From Octopus bimaculoides (lineage: Eukaryota): a stretch of 36,192 nt of DNA. A program made the position numbers and the translations under genes. Positions 1 through 12,075 of this stretch are shown piece after piece. The notes under the pieces were generated by a model. It ran no database searches. It saw only the letters and a program-made list of their open reading frames with translations, and was not told the DNA's origin. How positions within the stretch are numbered: the first letter of the stretch is position 1; every line of letters starts with the position of its first letter. The DNA lies in assembly GCF_001194135.2 (NCBI RefSeq), contig NC_069004.1:18285269-18321460 (forward strand), given 5' to 3'.

Positions 1-846
1 GTATTGCTTACGTGTGTGTGTGCGTACGTGTGTGTGCGTATGTTTGCGTGCATGTGTGTGTGTCTCTATATACATAGGTGCAGGCCTATATGTGTGTGTC
101 TGTGTCTGTGTGCGAACGTACGTGTGTGTGTACATATACGCACACATACACACACATCCACTGACATGTTACGCACCGTGCACATGTACAGGAAATGTTG
201 ATTTAATGGAGGGAGGAAGCTTATTTATAGCTCATACATTTCATCACTCTAACCAAACCATCTGTCCGGCTTGTTCAGTAAGATATTACCAAACATTCTT
301 TTTCGAACTCGAGAGACAACCATTAATACTACACGACAAGTATCCGCTCAGTTTCCGTTCACTAAATTTCAGTCACAAATTTGGTTGACAGAGGAAAGTT
401 TTGACGAAGCGAAAAGAAACACAGAAGCACATATGAAATAAACTTAGCTACTCATCTCTCTCTGTGACCCAGTCTTTGTTTTTGCAGAAAGGGCCAATCA
501 TTTTTGTCCCGTCTCTGATTGAAAATGTTAGAACATCTGAATTCAAGTATGTCTGCGTCTTCTTTACGTTTTATCATTGTGGGTTCCCTAAAACAACTGA
601 TCTTAAAATGAAACCGATTCAATTGATTTGCTTCCCTTTTCCACAAATTAGTGACCTAGAATCAGTTGGACGGGTCATTGTTTAACCAATTGAATCTTGT
701 TTCTCTGGGAGGATCTTATGTCAACAGATACTTAATTCGTTAGAGTTAAATAGGTTCTGTATTTTGTCCCTTACTTGTTTCAGTCATATGATTACGGCCA
801 TGCTGGGGCACCGCCTTGGAGTGATAAGTCGAACAAATCGATCTCA

Positions 847-999
847 CAGTTCTATATTTAAGAGATGAGGAATTATCTACATTATTTACATTATTTACAT
901 TTGACGGATATTTGTCCTCATCTTGTTTGTTGTTAACACAACGTTTCGGCTGATATACAAGATGAGGAGAAATATCCGTCAAATGTAAATAATGTAAAT
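847..999. mobile_element. Fold-back insertion nested in the SINE: 43-bp inverted repeat (884-926 / 957-999, 42/43 match), flanked by a 12-bp direct repeat
   Basis: AAATCGATCTCA at 835-846 and 996-1007. Left arm ATTTACATTATTTACATTTGACGGATATTTGTCCTCATCTTGT matches the reverse complement of 957-999 except one base. The loop contains ACGTTTCGGCTG. Confidence 0.85.
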
Positions 1000-1099
1000 C
1001 GATCTCAGTACTTATTTTCAAGCATTGTACTTATTCTATCGTTTTTCTTCTGCCGAACTGCTAGTGTGGCGGGACCTAATTTATCGGATCCCACACCCG

Positions 1100-1106
1100 T
1101 ATCTAC

Positions 1107-1167
<61 letters not shown>

Positions 1168-1205
1168 CATCCANNNNNNNNNNCCATCCATCCATCTATC
1201 CATTC

Positions 1206-1254
<49 letters not shown>
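1100..1254. repeat. (TATC)n/(CATC)n microsatellite inside SINE A
   Basis: Direct reading; 10-N gap at 1174-1183. Confidence 0.95.
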
Positions 1255-1889
1255 AAACTAGCTTCATTCAGTTTCCGTCTATCAAATCCACTCACAAGGT
1301 CAGCCTGAAACTATTGTACAAGACACTTGTTCAAGATGACACCCAGTGGGACTGAATCCGGGACCATGTAGCTGGAAAGCAAACTACTTGCCATACCATC
1401 TCACACGCACCTGAACATATTTTGTGCAGGACATGAAGCATGTAATAAGATATACTAAATTTAATGATTTAACAGAGTTTTAATAATTTCAGCAAGTATG
1501 GGAGATAACTCTGGCAATATTTCAGTCGTACAGACTTGCCCGAACTTAAACCCGAGTGAGCATAAGTACTCGGTATTACAGCTCCGGTGTTACGGACAAA
1601 TAATTAGAATGTCACAGGAAAGAATCGTGAGAGACCAATCGGAGACCAAAATCTAGACAAGAATCAGATTGTTCAATAATATCCATATTCTCAGTTGGTC
1701 ACATCTGGGAATCCAACTGGAAAGTCTAATGATAGTTGCTTCTGGTAGGACCCTTTGGAGGAATGCCTGAAGACTTTACCCCCAAGATCCTATCCCCAGA
1801 AATAATGGGCAGAGAAAATGGATGGATAAAACAGAGATGTTAATTGTGTATATGTAACATTTGCTTGAAGCTTGGTAGTTAATTAAGAT

Positions 1890-1902
1890 GGATGTGTGTG
1901 TA

Positions 1903-1952
<50 letters not shown>

Positions 1953-1983
1953 NNNNNNNNNNTGTGTGTGTGTGCGCGCGCGC

Positions 1984-2021
<38 letters not shown>
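1890..2021. repeat. (TG)n microsatellite with short (CG)n run
   Basis: Direct reading; 10-N gap at 1953-1962. Confidence 0.95.
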
Positions 2022-2023
<2 letters not shown>

Positions 2024-2344
2024 TATTTGATATCAAATATTCTTCTTTGCTTAATGCATTCGTATTTCAAGGTAGACGACTGGTGCTTCACATTAAATTA
2101 TTAAAGCATCTACTTGATCTTTCGGTGACTGGTGTCCCTCAGGAATAAGTCTCAGTGTTTTGTTTAGCTTTCGACAGGCTAGCCCAAGGGCAAATGTTTG
2201 CTTCAGTATAGCATGAACATGGATAAATAAGACAATTTAATATTATTATAACAACACCTGTAAGAAAAGAGTGTATGTCGCACGAAGAACAATGCTAGAC
2301 TTGGTCAAATTTGGCATAGGCTGTGGACCAATGTAGCTGACATC

Positions 2345-2562
2345 AATATTAGTTTTAAATTTTGGCACAAGGCCAGAAATTTCGTGAAAGGGGTTAAGTC
2401 GATACTTCGATCCCAAATGTTCAACTGGTACTTATTTTATCGATATTAAAAGAATGACAACAACGTCAACCTTGCGGAATTTCAGCTGAGAACGTAAAAA
2501 CAGCCGAAATATCGCAAAGCATTTCGCCCAGCGTTCTAACGATTCTGCCAGCTCACCGCCTT
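2345..2562 (-). mobile_element. tRNA-derived SINE, family B
   Basis: Minus strand head AAGGCGGTGAGCTGGCAGAATCGTTAGAACGCTGGGCGAAATGC (A-box-like) and 3' end TGGCCTTGTGCCAAAATTTAAAAC. Homologous to 10572, 26113 and 29177. Confidence 0.8.
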
Positions 2563-2572
2563 AGCTGACTTC

Positions 2573-2736
2573 AATATTGGTTTAAAATTTTGGCACAAGA
2601 CCAGCAAGTTTGGGGGATGGGGTAAGTCGATTACATCAACCCCAGTGTTCAACTGGGGCTTATTTTAACAACACCGAAACAGTGAAAGGCAAAGTCGACC
2701 TCGTGGAATTTGAACTCAGAACGTAAAAACGGACGA
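2573..2736 (-). mobile_element. SINE family B, 3' part; head lost in gap
   Basis: Contains minus-strand B-box GAGTTCAAATTCC and the same TTGTGCCAAAATT end as 2345-2562; runs into the N gap at 2737. Confidence 0.8.
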
Positions 2737-3406
2737 NNNNNNNNNNNNNNNNNNNNNNNNNNNNNNNNNNNNNNNNNNNNNNNNNNNNNNNNNNNNNNNN
2801 NNNNNNNNNNNNNNNNNNNNNNNNNNNNNNNNNNNNNNNNNNNNNNNNNNNNNNNNNNNNNNNNNNNNNNNNNNNNNNNNNNNNNNNNNNNNNNNNNNNN
2901 NNNNNNNNNNNNNNNNNNNNNNNNNNNNNNNNNNNNNNNNNNNNNNNNNNNNNNNNNNNNNNNNNNNNNNNNNNNNNNNNNNNNNNNNNNNNNNNNNNNN
3001 NNNNNNNNNNNNNNNNNNNNNNNNNNNNNNNNNNNNNNNNNNNNNNNNNNNNNNNNNNNNNNNNNNNNNNNNNNNNNNNNNNNNNNNNNNNNNNNNNNNN
3101 NNNNNNNNNNNNNNNNNNNNNNNNNNNNNNNNNNNNNNNNNNNNNNNNNNNNNNNNNNNNNNNNNNNNNNNNNNNNNNNNNNNNNNNNNNNNNNNNNNNN
3201 NNNNNNNNNNNNNNNNNNNNNNNNNNNNNNNNNNNNNNNNNNNNNNNNNNNNNNNNNNNNNNNNNNNNNNNNNNNNNNNNNNNNNNNNNNNNNNNNNNNN
3301 NNNNNNNNNNNNNNNNNNNNNNNNNNNNNNNNNNNNNNNNNNNNNNNNNNNNNNNNNNNNNNNNNNNNNNNNNNNNNNNNNNNNNNNNNNNNNNNNNNNN
3401 NNNNNN

Positions 3407-3466
3407 GAAGAAGAAGAAGAAGAAGAAGAAGAAGAAGAAGGAGGGGGGGAGGAGGAGGAGGAGGAG

Positions 3467-3496
<30 letters not shown>
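3407..3496. repeat. (GAA)n/(GGA)n purine microsatellite
   Basis: Direct reading. Confidence 0.95.
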
Positions 3497-3497
<1 letters not shown>

Positions 3498-3689
3498 GTA
3501 ATCTGTGCAGACGTTTTCGGCCCCACCTCGCTGCGCGTATCCTCTACTGTAACATAGGCTAGAGGGGTCAGCATCTTGTAAATACAACACGGCAGACCGA
3601 AACTATGTAGAAACCCTTTCTCTATATGTCTACAGACACTACACGCGCGCACGCGCATGCACGCAGACACACACGCACGGCGGTGGATC

Positions 3690-3855
3690 TCCGTCGTTCG
3701 ACGATGCGGATTTAGGTGTTCAATCAACTGAATAACCTTCTCCAGTATAGATGTGTACGTAGCTGAGTATTCCACAGACACGTGTGCCCTTGTAATTCTC
3801 AGCTAGAATCAGTGACACAGTCTGATAAGGCTGTGCTTTTTGAATCGCAGGTAGA
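3690..3855. mobile_element. Degenerate interspersed repeat fragment
   Basis: Shares the core GCTGAGTATTC(C/T)ACAGA and flanking similarity with about 13872-13945. Confidence 0.4.
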
Positions 3856-3857
3856 GG

Positions 3858-4000
3858 CTTCTATTCAGTTTCACTCGCAAGGTATAGAGGGAGCTGAAGC
3901 TATAAAAAAGGACAGTTGCCCCAGATGCTACGAAATGCGATCAACCTTCGTTTGATCCTGTGGTTGCAAAAGCAAACATCTTAATCATTCGGTCAAACTG
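3858..4000 (-). mobile_element. Degenerate SINE family A head
   Basis: TTCAGTTTCACTCGCAAGG...GACAGTTGCCCCAGATGCTACG...TGTGGTTGCAAAAGCAAACATCTT parallels 1265-1390. Confidence 0.55.
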
Positions 4001-4110
4001 AACTTAAAATGTTATTACGGTAGATTTTCAAATTCTGCAACAAACAGAATTTGTGGAAATGGGTTTTGTGGATAACAGATGTTATAACAGAAGTGGATAA
4101 CAGAAGTGAA

Positions 4111-4415
4111 GGCGCATGGTTCAGTGGTTAGGGCGTCGAGCTTACGATCGTGAGGTTGTGAGTTCAAATCCCTGACCAGGCTGCGTGTTCTTGAGCAAGA
4201 CACTTTATTTCACGTTGCTCCACTTCACTCAGCTGTAGAAATGAGTTGCGACGTCACAGGTTCCAAGCTGTATCGGCCTTTGCTTTTCCCTTGGATAACA
4301 TCAGTGGTGTGGAGAGGGGAGGCTGGTATGCATGGGCGACTGCTGGTCTTCCATAAACAACCTTGCCCGGACTTGTGCCTCGGAAGGTAACTTTCTAGGT
4401 GCAATTCCATGGTCA
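4111..4415 (+). mobile_element. tRNA-derived SINE, family C, with CORE-like central motif
   Basis: A-box TGGTTCAGTGGTTAGG at about 4117, B-box GTTCAAATCC at 4162-4171, then TTCTTGAGCAAGACACTT (resembles the CORE/V-SINE-type motif). 3' end truncated by a gap. Confidence 0.8.
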
Positions 4416-4949
4416 NNNNNNNNNNNNNNNNNNNNNNNNNNNNNNNNNNNNNNNNNNNNNNNNNNNNNNNNNNNNNNNNNNNNNNNNNNNNNNNNNNNNN
4501 NNNNNNNNNNNNNNNNNNNNNNNNNNNNNNNNNNNNNNNNNNNNNNNNNNNNNNNNNNNNNNNNNNNNNNNNNNNNNNNNNNNNNNNNNNNNNNNNNNNN
4601 NNNNNNNNNNNNNNNNNNNNNNNNNNNNNNNNNNNNNNNNNNNNNNNNNNNNNNNNNNNNNNNNNNNNNNNNNNNNNNNNNNNNNNNNNNNNNNNNNNNN
4701 NNNNNNNNNNNNNNNNNNNNNNNNNNNNNNNNNNNNNNNNNNNNNNNNNNNNNNNNNNNNNNNNNNNNNNNNNNNNNNNNNNNNNNNNNNNNNNNNNNNN
4801 NNNNNNNNNNNNNNNNNNNNNNNNNNNNNNNNNNNNNNNNNNNNNNNNNNNNNNNNNNNNNNNNNNNNNNNNNNNNNNNNNNNNNNNNNNNNNNNNNNNN
4901 NNNNATATGTGTGTGTGTGTGTGTGTGTATGTGTGTGTGTGGGTGTGTT

Positions 4950-4993
<44 letters not shown>

Positions 4994-5174
4994 GGGAGGG
5001 GGATATCATACAAAAGCATCAGCAGAAAATACTTTTAGTCATGATTCCTAGCTTAAGTGGGGATGAGGATGCGGTTTATTGTAATGTAGTGCATGCATCC
5101 ACTTTTGCTGTGATGTTCTGCCCTCTTAAAGCTGAATATAAAACCCACAGATTGGAGTCAGCAAGGGAGGTTCT

Positions 5175-5345
5175 ATGTAGTCGCCCTTTCAACTAGAAAT
5201 AGCTGTCATGTCTCACTTAAATCTCACAACGCTACCATGGAAAAAGTAAACATCCGTTGAACAATGTCATCGTCGGTACAGTATGCTTGAAAACCTGATG
5301 GAACGCTTGATGTGTCCTGATCGGAGGGTGCTTAAACAACCACGA
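5175..5345 (+). mobile_element. Degenerate interspersed repeat 3' fragment; related pieces at about 5640-5830, 10385-10553 and minus 20330-20473
   Basis: Shared motifs AGAAATA(G/A)C and GCTGACCT(A/G)GGGC (5658-5670, 10537-10549). Confidence 0.4.
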
Positions 5346-5852
5346 CGATAATATTAATAACATTGATAAATCCTCGTTATTTTCCATAAGAACACAACCA
5401 TCATAACAGATTTACCTCCCTTAAACTACACTCTACACAAGCAAAAATGGCAGACTGAACACTGCGATCTTAGATATACATTGGCTAAGCAACAATCAAG
5501 ATAAAACCTCTAAGCAGTTGTTAGACTTCGTAGAAATCGCACCTAAATCACTCTGAGTCTCATACGCTTACTGTCTTACATAGGAGCGAGGCATATTCAG
5601 GAGTGTAAAATGAGATATTTAGATCTGGATACTTACCACTGGATCTGCTCGGGCAAGGCTGACCTAGGGCGACGCAGCCATCACAGCAACACAAGAAATT
5701 GTATATAAATCTCCCTAAACCAGAGTGTTTACTATTAAAAAAAAAAGATGAGGTTACATTTGTATAATTAATTTCTGGATTTAAAAAAAAGGGATGGTTA
5801 TTGCTGGAAGCCTTTGACTTTCAGAATCCTTGTGTTAATTTTGCTAAAGATA

Positions 5853-6232
5853 GGCGCAGGCGTGACTGCGTGGTACAAAGTTTGCTTACCAACTACATGG
5901 TTCCGAGTTCGATCTCACGGCGTGGCACCTTGGGCAAGTATCTTCTACTATGACCTCGGGCTGACAAAAGCCTTGTGAGTGGATTTGGTAGGCGCGCATA
6001 TGTCTTTGTGTATCTGTGAGCCACCCTGACGCCTTCACTTACACACCGCTTGACAGCCGGTGTTGGTGTGTTTACGCCTCCGTAATTTAGCATTTCGGCA
6101 AAAGAGACTGATAGAATAAGTAGCAGATTTAAAAGAATAAGTACTAGAGTCGATTGAATCGACTAAAATTCCTTCAAGGAGGTGCCCCAGCATGACTGCA
6201 GTCTAGTGACTGAAACTAGATAAAAGAAGATA
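5853..6232 (+). mobile_element. SINE family A, full length
   Basis: Head with B-box GAGTTCGATCTC, CCTTGGGCAAGTATCTTCTACTATG, and tail GGTGCCCCAGCATGACTGCAGTCTAGTGACTGAAAC. Confidence 0.85.
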
Positions 6233-6421
6233 CAACTACAATAACAATTACTACAAAATTGCGCCACCATATTTGCCACTTGTCACGTGATATTCTCTAA
6301 AATACAGTAGCTATATTTTCCATTTTTTAATTTCGATTTTTATCTACTTACATACGTCTTCCCCAGCGCTCACCAATAAACTCCCCACCCGCCTCCAACA
6401 CATACATATACAGGTAGCTAC

Positions 6422-6455
<34 letters not shown>

Positions 6456-6559
6456 CTATGGCGACCCGGTGTAATACAGGTGAGTGTCTTATAAAAACAA
6501 AATGCTACAGCTATGTTCGCCCAGAAATCACGTGACTCCACTATAATATTTATGTTTCT

Positions 6560-6800
6560 CACAATTTTCCTTTCTGTTCTCTTTATCTTTTCTTTCTTAA
6601 GTTCTTTTTTTCCTTCAGCCTTCTTTTCTTTTCTCATTCATTCGTTCTTTCCTGATGCAGTTTCTTTCTCTTTTATTCCTGCGTTCATTTTTTTTACTTT
6701 TCCTCTTTCTATTCCTTTCTTCCATCCTTTCTATCTTTCTTCTGTCTTCCTTCCTGTTTTCTTTCTTTCCTAAGTGTTTTATTTATTTATTTATTTATTC
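6560..6800. repeat. Pyrimidine-rich (CT/TTC) low-complexity tract
   Basis: Direct reading; explains the F/S/L-rich ORFs in the track. Confidence 0.85.
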
Positions 6801-7559
6801 CATATCAGTTTATGTAGATTTCTCCAATTTATATTACAGGTGGTTATCTCTCACTCATTCTCGCTTCCTCTCTCCCACCTCACTCATTACAACATGCTAC
6901 CCCCGATATATAACTTTGCCCCGGTGTGCATGATTATTCATCAAGAACAATACCGCCATCTTTGTTTGCCCAAATACACACCATTTTGTTTCCTTGTTTT
7001 CTTTATTTGTTTGTGCGTGTTTGGTTTTATTTTTGTGTTTTGTTTCGCTAAAACTTCCATTACCATTCTTTCTTTGCCAGCTTTCATGCGATTCTACATT
7101 CAACTGAACCTATTCAGGATTTTTTAAAATATCAAAATTTTTGCACCAACCGCAAGAAACCTACGCGTACAGCAACACGCACGCACACGCATGCGCACGC
7201 AAGCGTACGTAGCAAAACCGCCAAACACGCTCACACATAGATACTTAAACACAGATATTTGTACTTACATGCATACACGTAAATATACAATAAATATTCA
7301 CACAGGCCTATAAACAGGAGTAAGCGCAAAAACACATAGAAACTGGTATGGACGCACAAACATGTTTGTATAGAGCATACAAGCAATATTTAGAAAGTGA
7401 CGAAAAGCGCATACCACTATATCTCCATATACACATACATTTACGTATTTAAAAAATGGTTTCACAACAGAAAATATGAATTCATGAAATCACATGTAAA
7501 CACCAAAACACAAACACCCATATACAGAAACAAAATATGCGTTTCTATATGCATATATG

Positions 7560-7611
<52 letters not shown>

Positions 7612-8135
7612 NNNNNNNNNNNNNNNNNNNNNNNNNNNNNNNNNNNNNNNNNNNNNNNNNNNNNNNNNNNNNNNNNNNNNNNNNNNNNNNNNNNNNNNNN
7701 NNNNNNNNNNNNNNNNNNNNNNNNNNNNNNNNNNNNNNNNNNNNNNNNNNNNNNNNNNNNNNNNNNNNNNNNNNNNNNNNNNNNNNNNNNNNNNNNNNNN
7801 NNNNNNNNNNNNNNNNNNNNNNNNNNNNNNNNNNNNNNNNNNNNNNNNNNNNNNNNNNNNNNNNNNNNNNNNNNNNNNNNNNNNNNNNNNNNNNNNNNNN
7901 NNNNNNNNNNNNNNNNNNNNNNNNNNNNNNNNNNNNNNNNNNNNNNNNNNNNNNNNNNNNNNNNNNNNNNNNNNNNNNNNNNNNNNNNNNNNNNNNNNNN
8001 NNNNNNNNNNNNNNNNNNNNNNNNNNNNNNNNNNNNNNNNNNNNNNNNNNNNNNNNNNNNNNNNNNNNNNNNNNNNNNNNNNNNNNNNNNNNNNNNNNNN
8101 NNNNNNNNNNNNNNNNNNNNNNNNNNNNNNNNNNN

Positions 8136-8169
<34 letters not shown>

Positions 8170-8233
8170 GCGTACAGTTGCATGTACGTTGATCAGATCA
8201 GTTTATGTAGAAGATAGATAGATAGATAGATAG

Positions 8234-8267
<34 letters not shown>

Positions 8268-8565
8268 GAATGGCGGTGGATATTATGAGTTAATAGCTAC
8301 CTTAAACTCTCTCTTACATACGCACACATACACACACACAAACATATATATATATAGAGACGCATGCAAATCACTACACCACGAATACAGATGCATACAG
8401 ACACAAAACAGTGACTATAATATTTTACTTGGGCTTAACCAATTATAATACCATGCGGAATAGTCTTGGTTTTTTTTTTCTCACATACAAGCAAATAGGA
8501 GTTGAGTTACCTTTCACACACACACGTACACACACACTCACATACACACACACATACACACACAT

Positions 8566-8598
<33 letters not shown>

Positions 8599-9707
8599 AG
8601 AAAAAACAAACATACACATAGACATGTGCACGTACACATTTTCACACGCGAACAAACTGCCAGAATATGGCTGCCAGTGGATTCAATGCCGAGGAATGTG
8701 TAAAGTGAAGTGTAATATATAATTGTGCATGCGTGTATGTACGTATATATATGCGTGTGTGTGTATGTGTGTGAGTAACTGTGCGTGTGTGAGTGAGTGT
8801 GTGTATGGGGAGGGGGATGTCTGTATGTATGTGCATCCGTATGTATTTCAGCGTAGGTGTGAATCCATAAAAAATTTACATCTGTAACATATATATATAT
8901 ATATATATANNNNNNNNNNNNNNNNNNNNNNNNNNNNNNNNNNNNNNNNNNNNNNNNNNNNNNNNNNNNNNNNNNNNNNNNNNNNNNNNNNNNNNNNNNN
9001 NNNNNNNNNNNNNNNNNNNNNNNNNNNNNNNNNNNNNNNNNNNNNNNNNNNNNNNNNNNNNNNNNNNNNNNNNNNNNNNNNNNNNNNNNNNNNNNNNNNN
9101 NNNNNNNNNNNNNNNNNNNNNNNNNNNNNNNNNNNNNNNNNNNNNNNNNNNNNNNNNNNNNNNNNNNNNNNNNNNNNNNNNNNNNNNNNNNNNNNNNNNN
9201 NNNNNNNNNNNNNNNNNNNNNNNNNNNNNNNNNNNNNNNNNNNNNNNNNNNNNNNNNNNNNNNNNNNNNNNNNNNNNNNNNNNNNNNNNNNNNNNNNNNN
9301 NNNNNNNNNNNNNNNNNNNNNNNNNNNNNNNNNNNNNNNNNNNNNNNNNNNNNNNNNNNNNNNNNNNNNNNNNNNNNNNNNNNNNNNNNNNNNNNNNNNN
9401 NNNNNNNNNNNNNNNNNNNNNNNNNNNNNNNNNNNNNNNNNNNNNNNNNNNNNNNNNNNNNNNNNNNNNNNNNNNNNNNNNNNNNNNNNNNNNNNNNNNN
9501 NNNNNNNNNNNNNNNNNNNNNNNNNNNNNNNNNNNNNNNNNNNNNNNNNNNNNNNNNNNNNNNNNNNNNNNNNNNNNNNNNNNNNNNNNNNNNNNNNNNN
9601 NNNNNNNNNNNNNNNNNNNNNNNNNNNNNNNNNNNNNNNNNNNNNNNNNNNNNNNNNNNNNNNNNNNNNNNNNNNNNNNNNNNNNNNNNNNNNNNNNNNN
9701 NNNNNNN

Positions 9708-9745
<38 letters not shown>

Positions 9746-10039
9746 ATAAATATATGTATGTATATACCCCTATGTAGTTTTGTGTCTACGTGTGTGCCTC
9801 TGTGTACGTGTGTGCCTCTGTGTGTGTGTGTGTGTGTGTGTGAGTGCATGCGTGAGTACTATACGATTAGCCGAACGTTGGCACGCACGGATTTATCGTG
9901 CAAATTCTAAAGCAATGGAATTATTGGAAATGGAAAACGAAGAACGGCGAAACAGCGAAATTTAAGATTCCGTTGAAGGAATGGCGGGAGCCCGGCATTG
10001 AAGGTACCAACCAAGCCCCATTCTGATTGGAAAATGATA

Positions 10040-10047
10040 TAAACACA

Positions 10048-10082
<35 letters not shown>

Positions 10083-10330
10083 ACAAGCACACATACTCTC
10101 CTACCTTTACACTCACAGATATACACTCCCACTTATACTCAAACACGCATGTAAACACACACACATACACTCACACATATCTCACACATACACTCACACA
10201 TATCTCACACACACACATACACTCACGCATATACACTCACATGCACGTACACACGCATACACTCACACACACGCACGTACATACACACATAAACACACAC
10301 ACGTAGACACACTCACTCACATATACACTG
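10040..10330. repeat. Degenerate (CA)n microsatellite; similar tracts at 1-180, 8320-8830, 16040-16166, 31770-32055 and 33490-33576
   Basis: Direct reading. Confidence 0.9.
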
Positions 10331-10571
10331 AAACACAGAGCTAAGCACATATGCGAGCTACTAAGCGAGCCTCCATATTGTTATTCGACTTGCAAGAAAT
10401 AACAACCAAATGTCTATCAAATCATAAAAGAAGGTAATGTAAGGTGGACAATATAGACTTAAATAACCTTGCGGCTGAAAGAAGCACGGTACGGTCAATT
10501 TTGGAACATCTTTGATCATAGTTGTGCTCAGTGAGAGCTGACCTGGGGCTAAATAGAAACATATGCTCATG

Positions 10572-10828
10572 CGGCGAGCTGGCAGAAACGTTAGCACGCT
10601 GGGCGAAATACTTAGCGATATTTTGTCTGCAGTTATGTTCTGAGTTCAAATTCCGCCGAGGTCGACTTTGCCTCTCATCCTTTCGGAGTCGATAAGTTAC
10701 GCACTGGGATCGATATAATCNNNNNNNNNNATAAGTTACGCACTGGGATCGATATAATCGATTTAATCCGTTTGTCTGTCCTTGTTTGTCCCCTCTGTGT
10801 GGAGCCTATTGTGGGCAGTAAAGAAATA
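10572..10828 (+). mobile_element. SINE with family-B head and alternative tail; perfect 17-bp target-site duplication
   Basis: AGAAACATATGCTCATG at 10555-10571 and 10829-10845. Head GCGGCGAGCTGGCAGAAACGTTAGC; B-box GTTCAAATTCC at 10644-10654. Confidence 0.9.
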
Positions 10829-10941
10829 AGAAACATATGCTCATGTACATATAGTTATCACCCGTTACATATATTCCCTCACGCGTGAACAGACACACAC
10901 ATATACAAACAGAGAGAGAAAGACAGGTAGACAGATATACT

Positions 10942-10976
<35 letters not shown>

Positions 10977-11590
10977 GTGTAGTACATGAGTGTAAAACCG
11001 GGTGGAGTAAAATAAGAGTTAGCTATAGGAATTAACTGAGGCTGAAACACTCTATTCAAGATAAGTCCGAGTTTCATGTAGCTGATCAACAGACGGAAGC
11101 TAGCATTCCGAATAATGCTATGCTTTATAGATGTTCATACAGAGCGCAGTGATAACTATTTGGTAACTCATCAATAAACATTTAAAGCTGATGGGTCATG
11201 AAATATGACATTTCAAAATTAATGGAATTTATGACAATACGACTGACCGTTGACGAAAGACAATAAAAAGATTAAATACTTGTAAAGTTGAAGAAAACAG
11301 AATAAATGAATTGAGTTGCGTTTGTATAAGATAATGGTTATAGTATTTACAGCCAAGGAAAGGTTTCGGATGGATTTCAGAAACATTAAATGGAATGAAT
11401 GATAAAAGAAACAATGACGAATGAGTTTAACAGATAAATATGTTTGGTATTGTGGAAAGGGAGCGAAAGAGAGTGTGTTAGAGAAAGAAAGGTTAAGGTA
11501 AGAGTAAAGTTAGTAAGGTAGGTGGGAGGAGGTGGGGGAACCTTGATTAACGCTTTGGCTAGATTGATGTATCACATCAGTTTGTATTTT

Positions 11591-11963
11591 GCGTAGGGCT
11601 GTATGGTAAAAAGGTTGCTTCCCGACCTTATAGTTCCGGGTTCAGTCCCACTGCTTAGTAGTTTGGACAAGTGTCTTCTACTATTGCCTCAGGTCGACTA
11701 AAGCTTTGTGAGTGGAATCGTAGACAGAAACTGAAAGAAGCCCGTCATATATGTTCGTGTGTGTGTCTGTCTCCACCACCGCTTGACGACCGGTGTTGGT
11801 TTGTGTATTCCCTCGTAATCTAGCGATTCGACAGAAGAGAGGCGATAGAATAAGTACCAGGCTTTAAAAAAAATAAGTACTGAGGTCGATTCGTTCGACT
11901 AAAATTCTTCAAAGTGGATCTCCAGCATGGCTGCCGTCTAAGAACTGAAGCAATTAAAAGAAT
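11591..11963 (+). mobile_element. SINE family A, full length, followed by (TACA)n
   Basis: GGGTTCAGTCCCACTGC, GACAAGTGTCTTCTACTAT, tail CTCCAGCATGGCTGCCGTCTAAGAACTGAAGCAA. Confidence 0.85.
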
Positions 11964-12075
11964 ATACATACATACATACATACATACATACATACATACA
12001 TCCGATCCGTGAATAAGAAGAAAATCCCGAAGTTAGTCATAGCTGGGAGCTGAAGTCCAGTAATTCATCACGTAC

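Larger units (their letters stand above)
762..1413 (-). mobile_element. tRNA-derived SINE, family A (near full length), interrupted by a nested insertion and an internal (GATA)n tract
   Basis: Minus strand reads head ...AGCTACATGGTCCCGGATTCAGTCCCACTGGGTGTCATCTTGAACAAGTGTCTT... and 3' end AAGGCGGTGCCCCAGCATGGCCGTAATCATATGACTGAAACAAGTAAG. Same head and tail recur at 5853, 11591 and 35195. Confidence 0.85.

Noticed and set aside
4111-4185. tRNA gene; also the heads at 5853, 10572, 11591, 26113 and 35195
   Set aside because: A/B boxes are present, but there is no complete acceptor stem or cloverleaf and each continues into a SINE body, so these are tRNA-derived SINE heads.
6265-6540. Inverted repeat around ATCACGTGAC suggesting a MITE
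   Set aside because: Only about 10-14 bp match well; no termini or TSD can be defined.
6513-7127. Hydrophobic 'membrane protein' ORFs
   Set aside because: Translation of a CT/T-rich low-complexity tract; overlapping frames are equally open.
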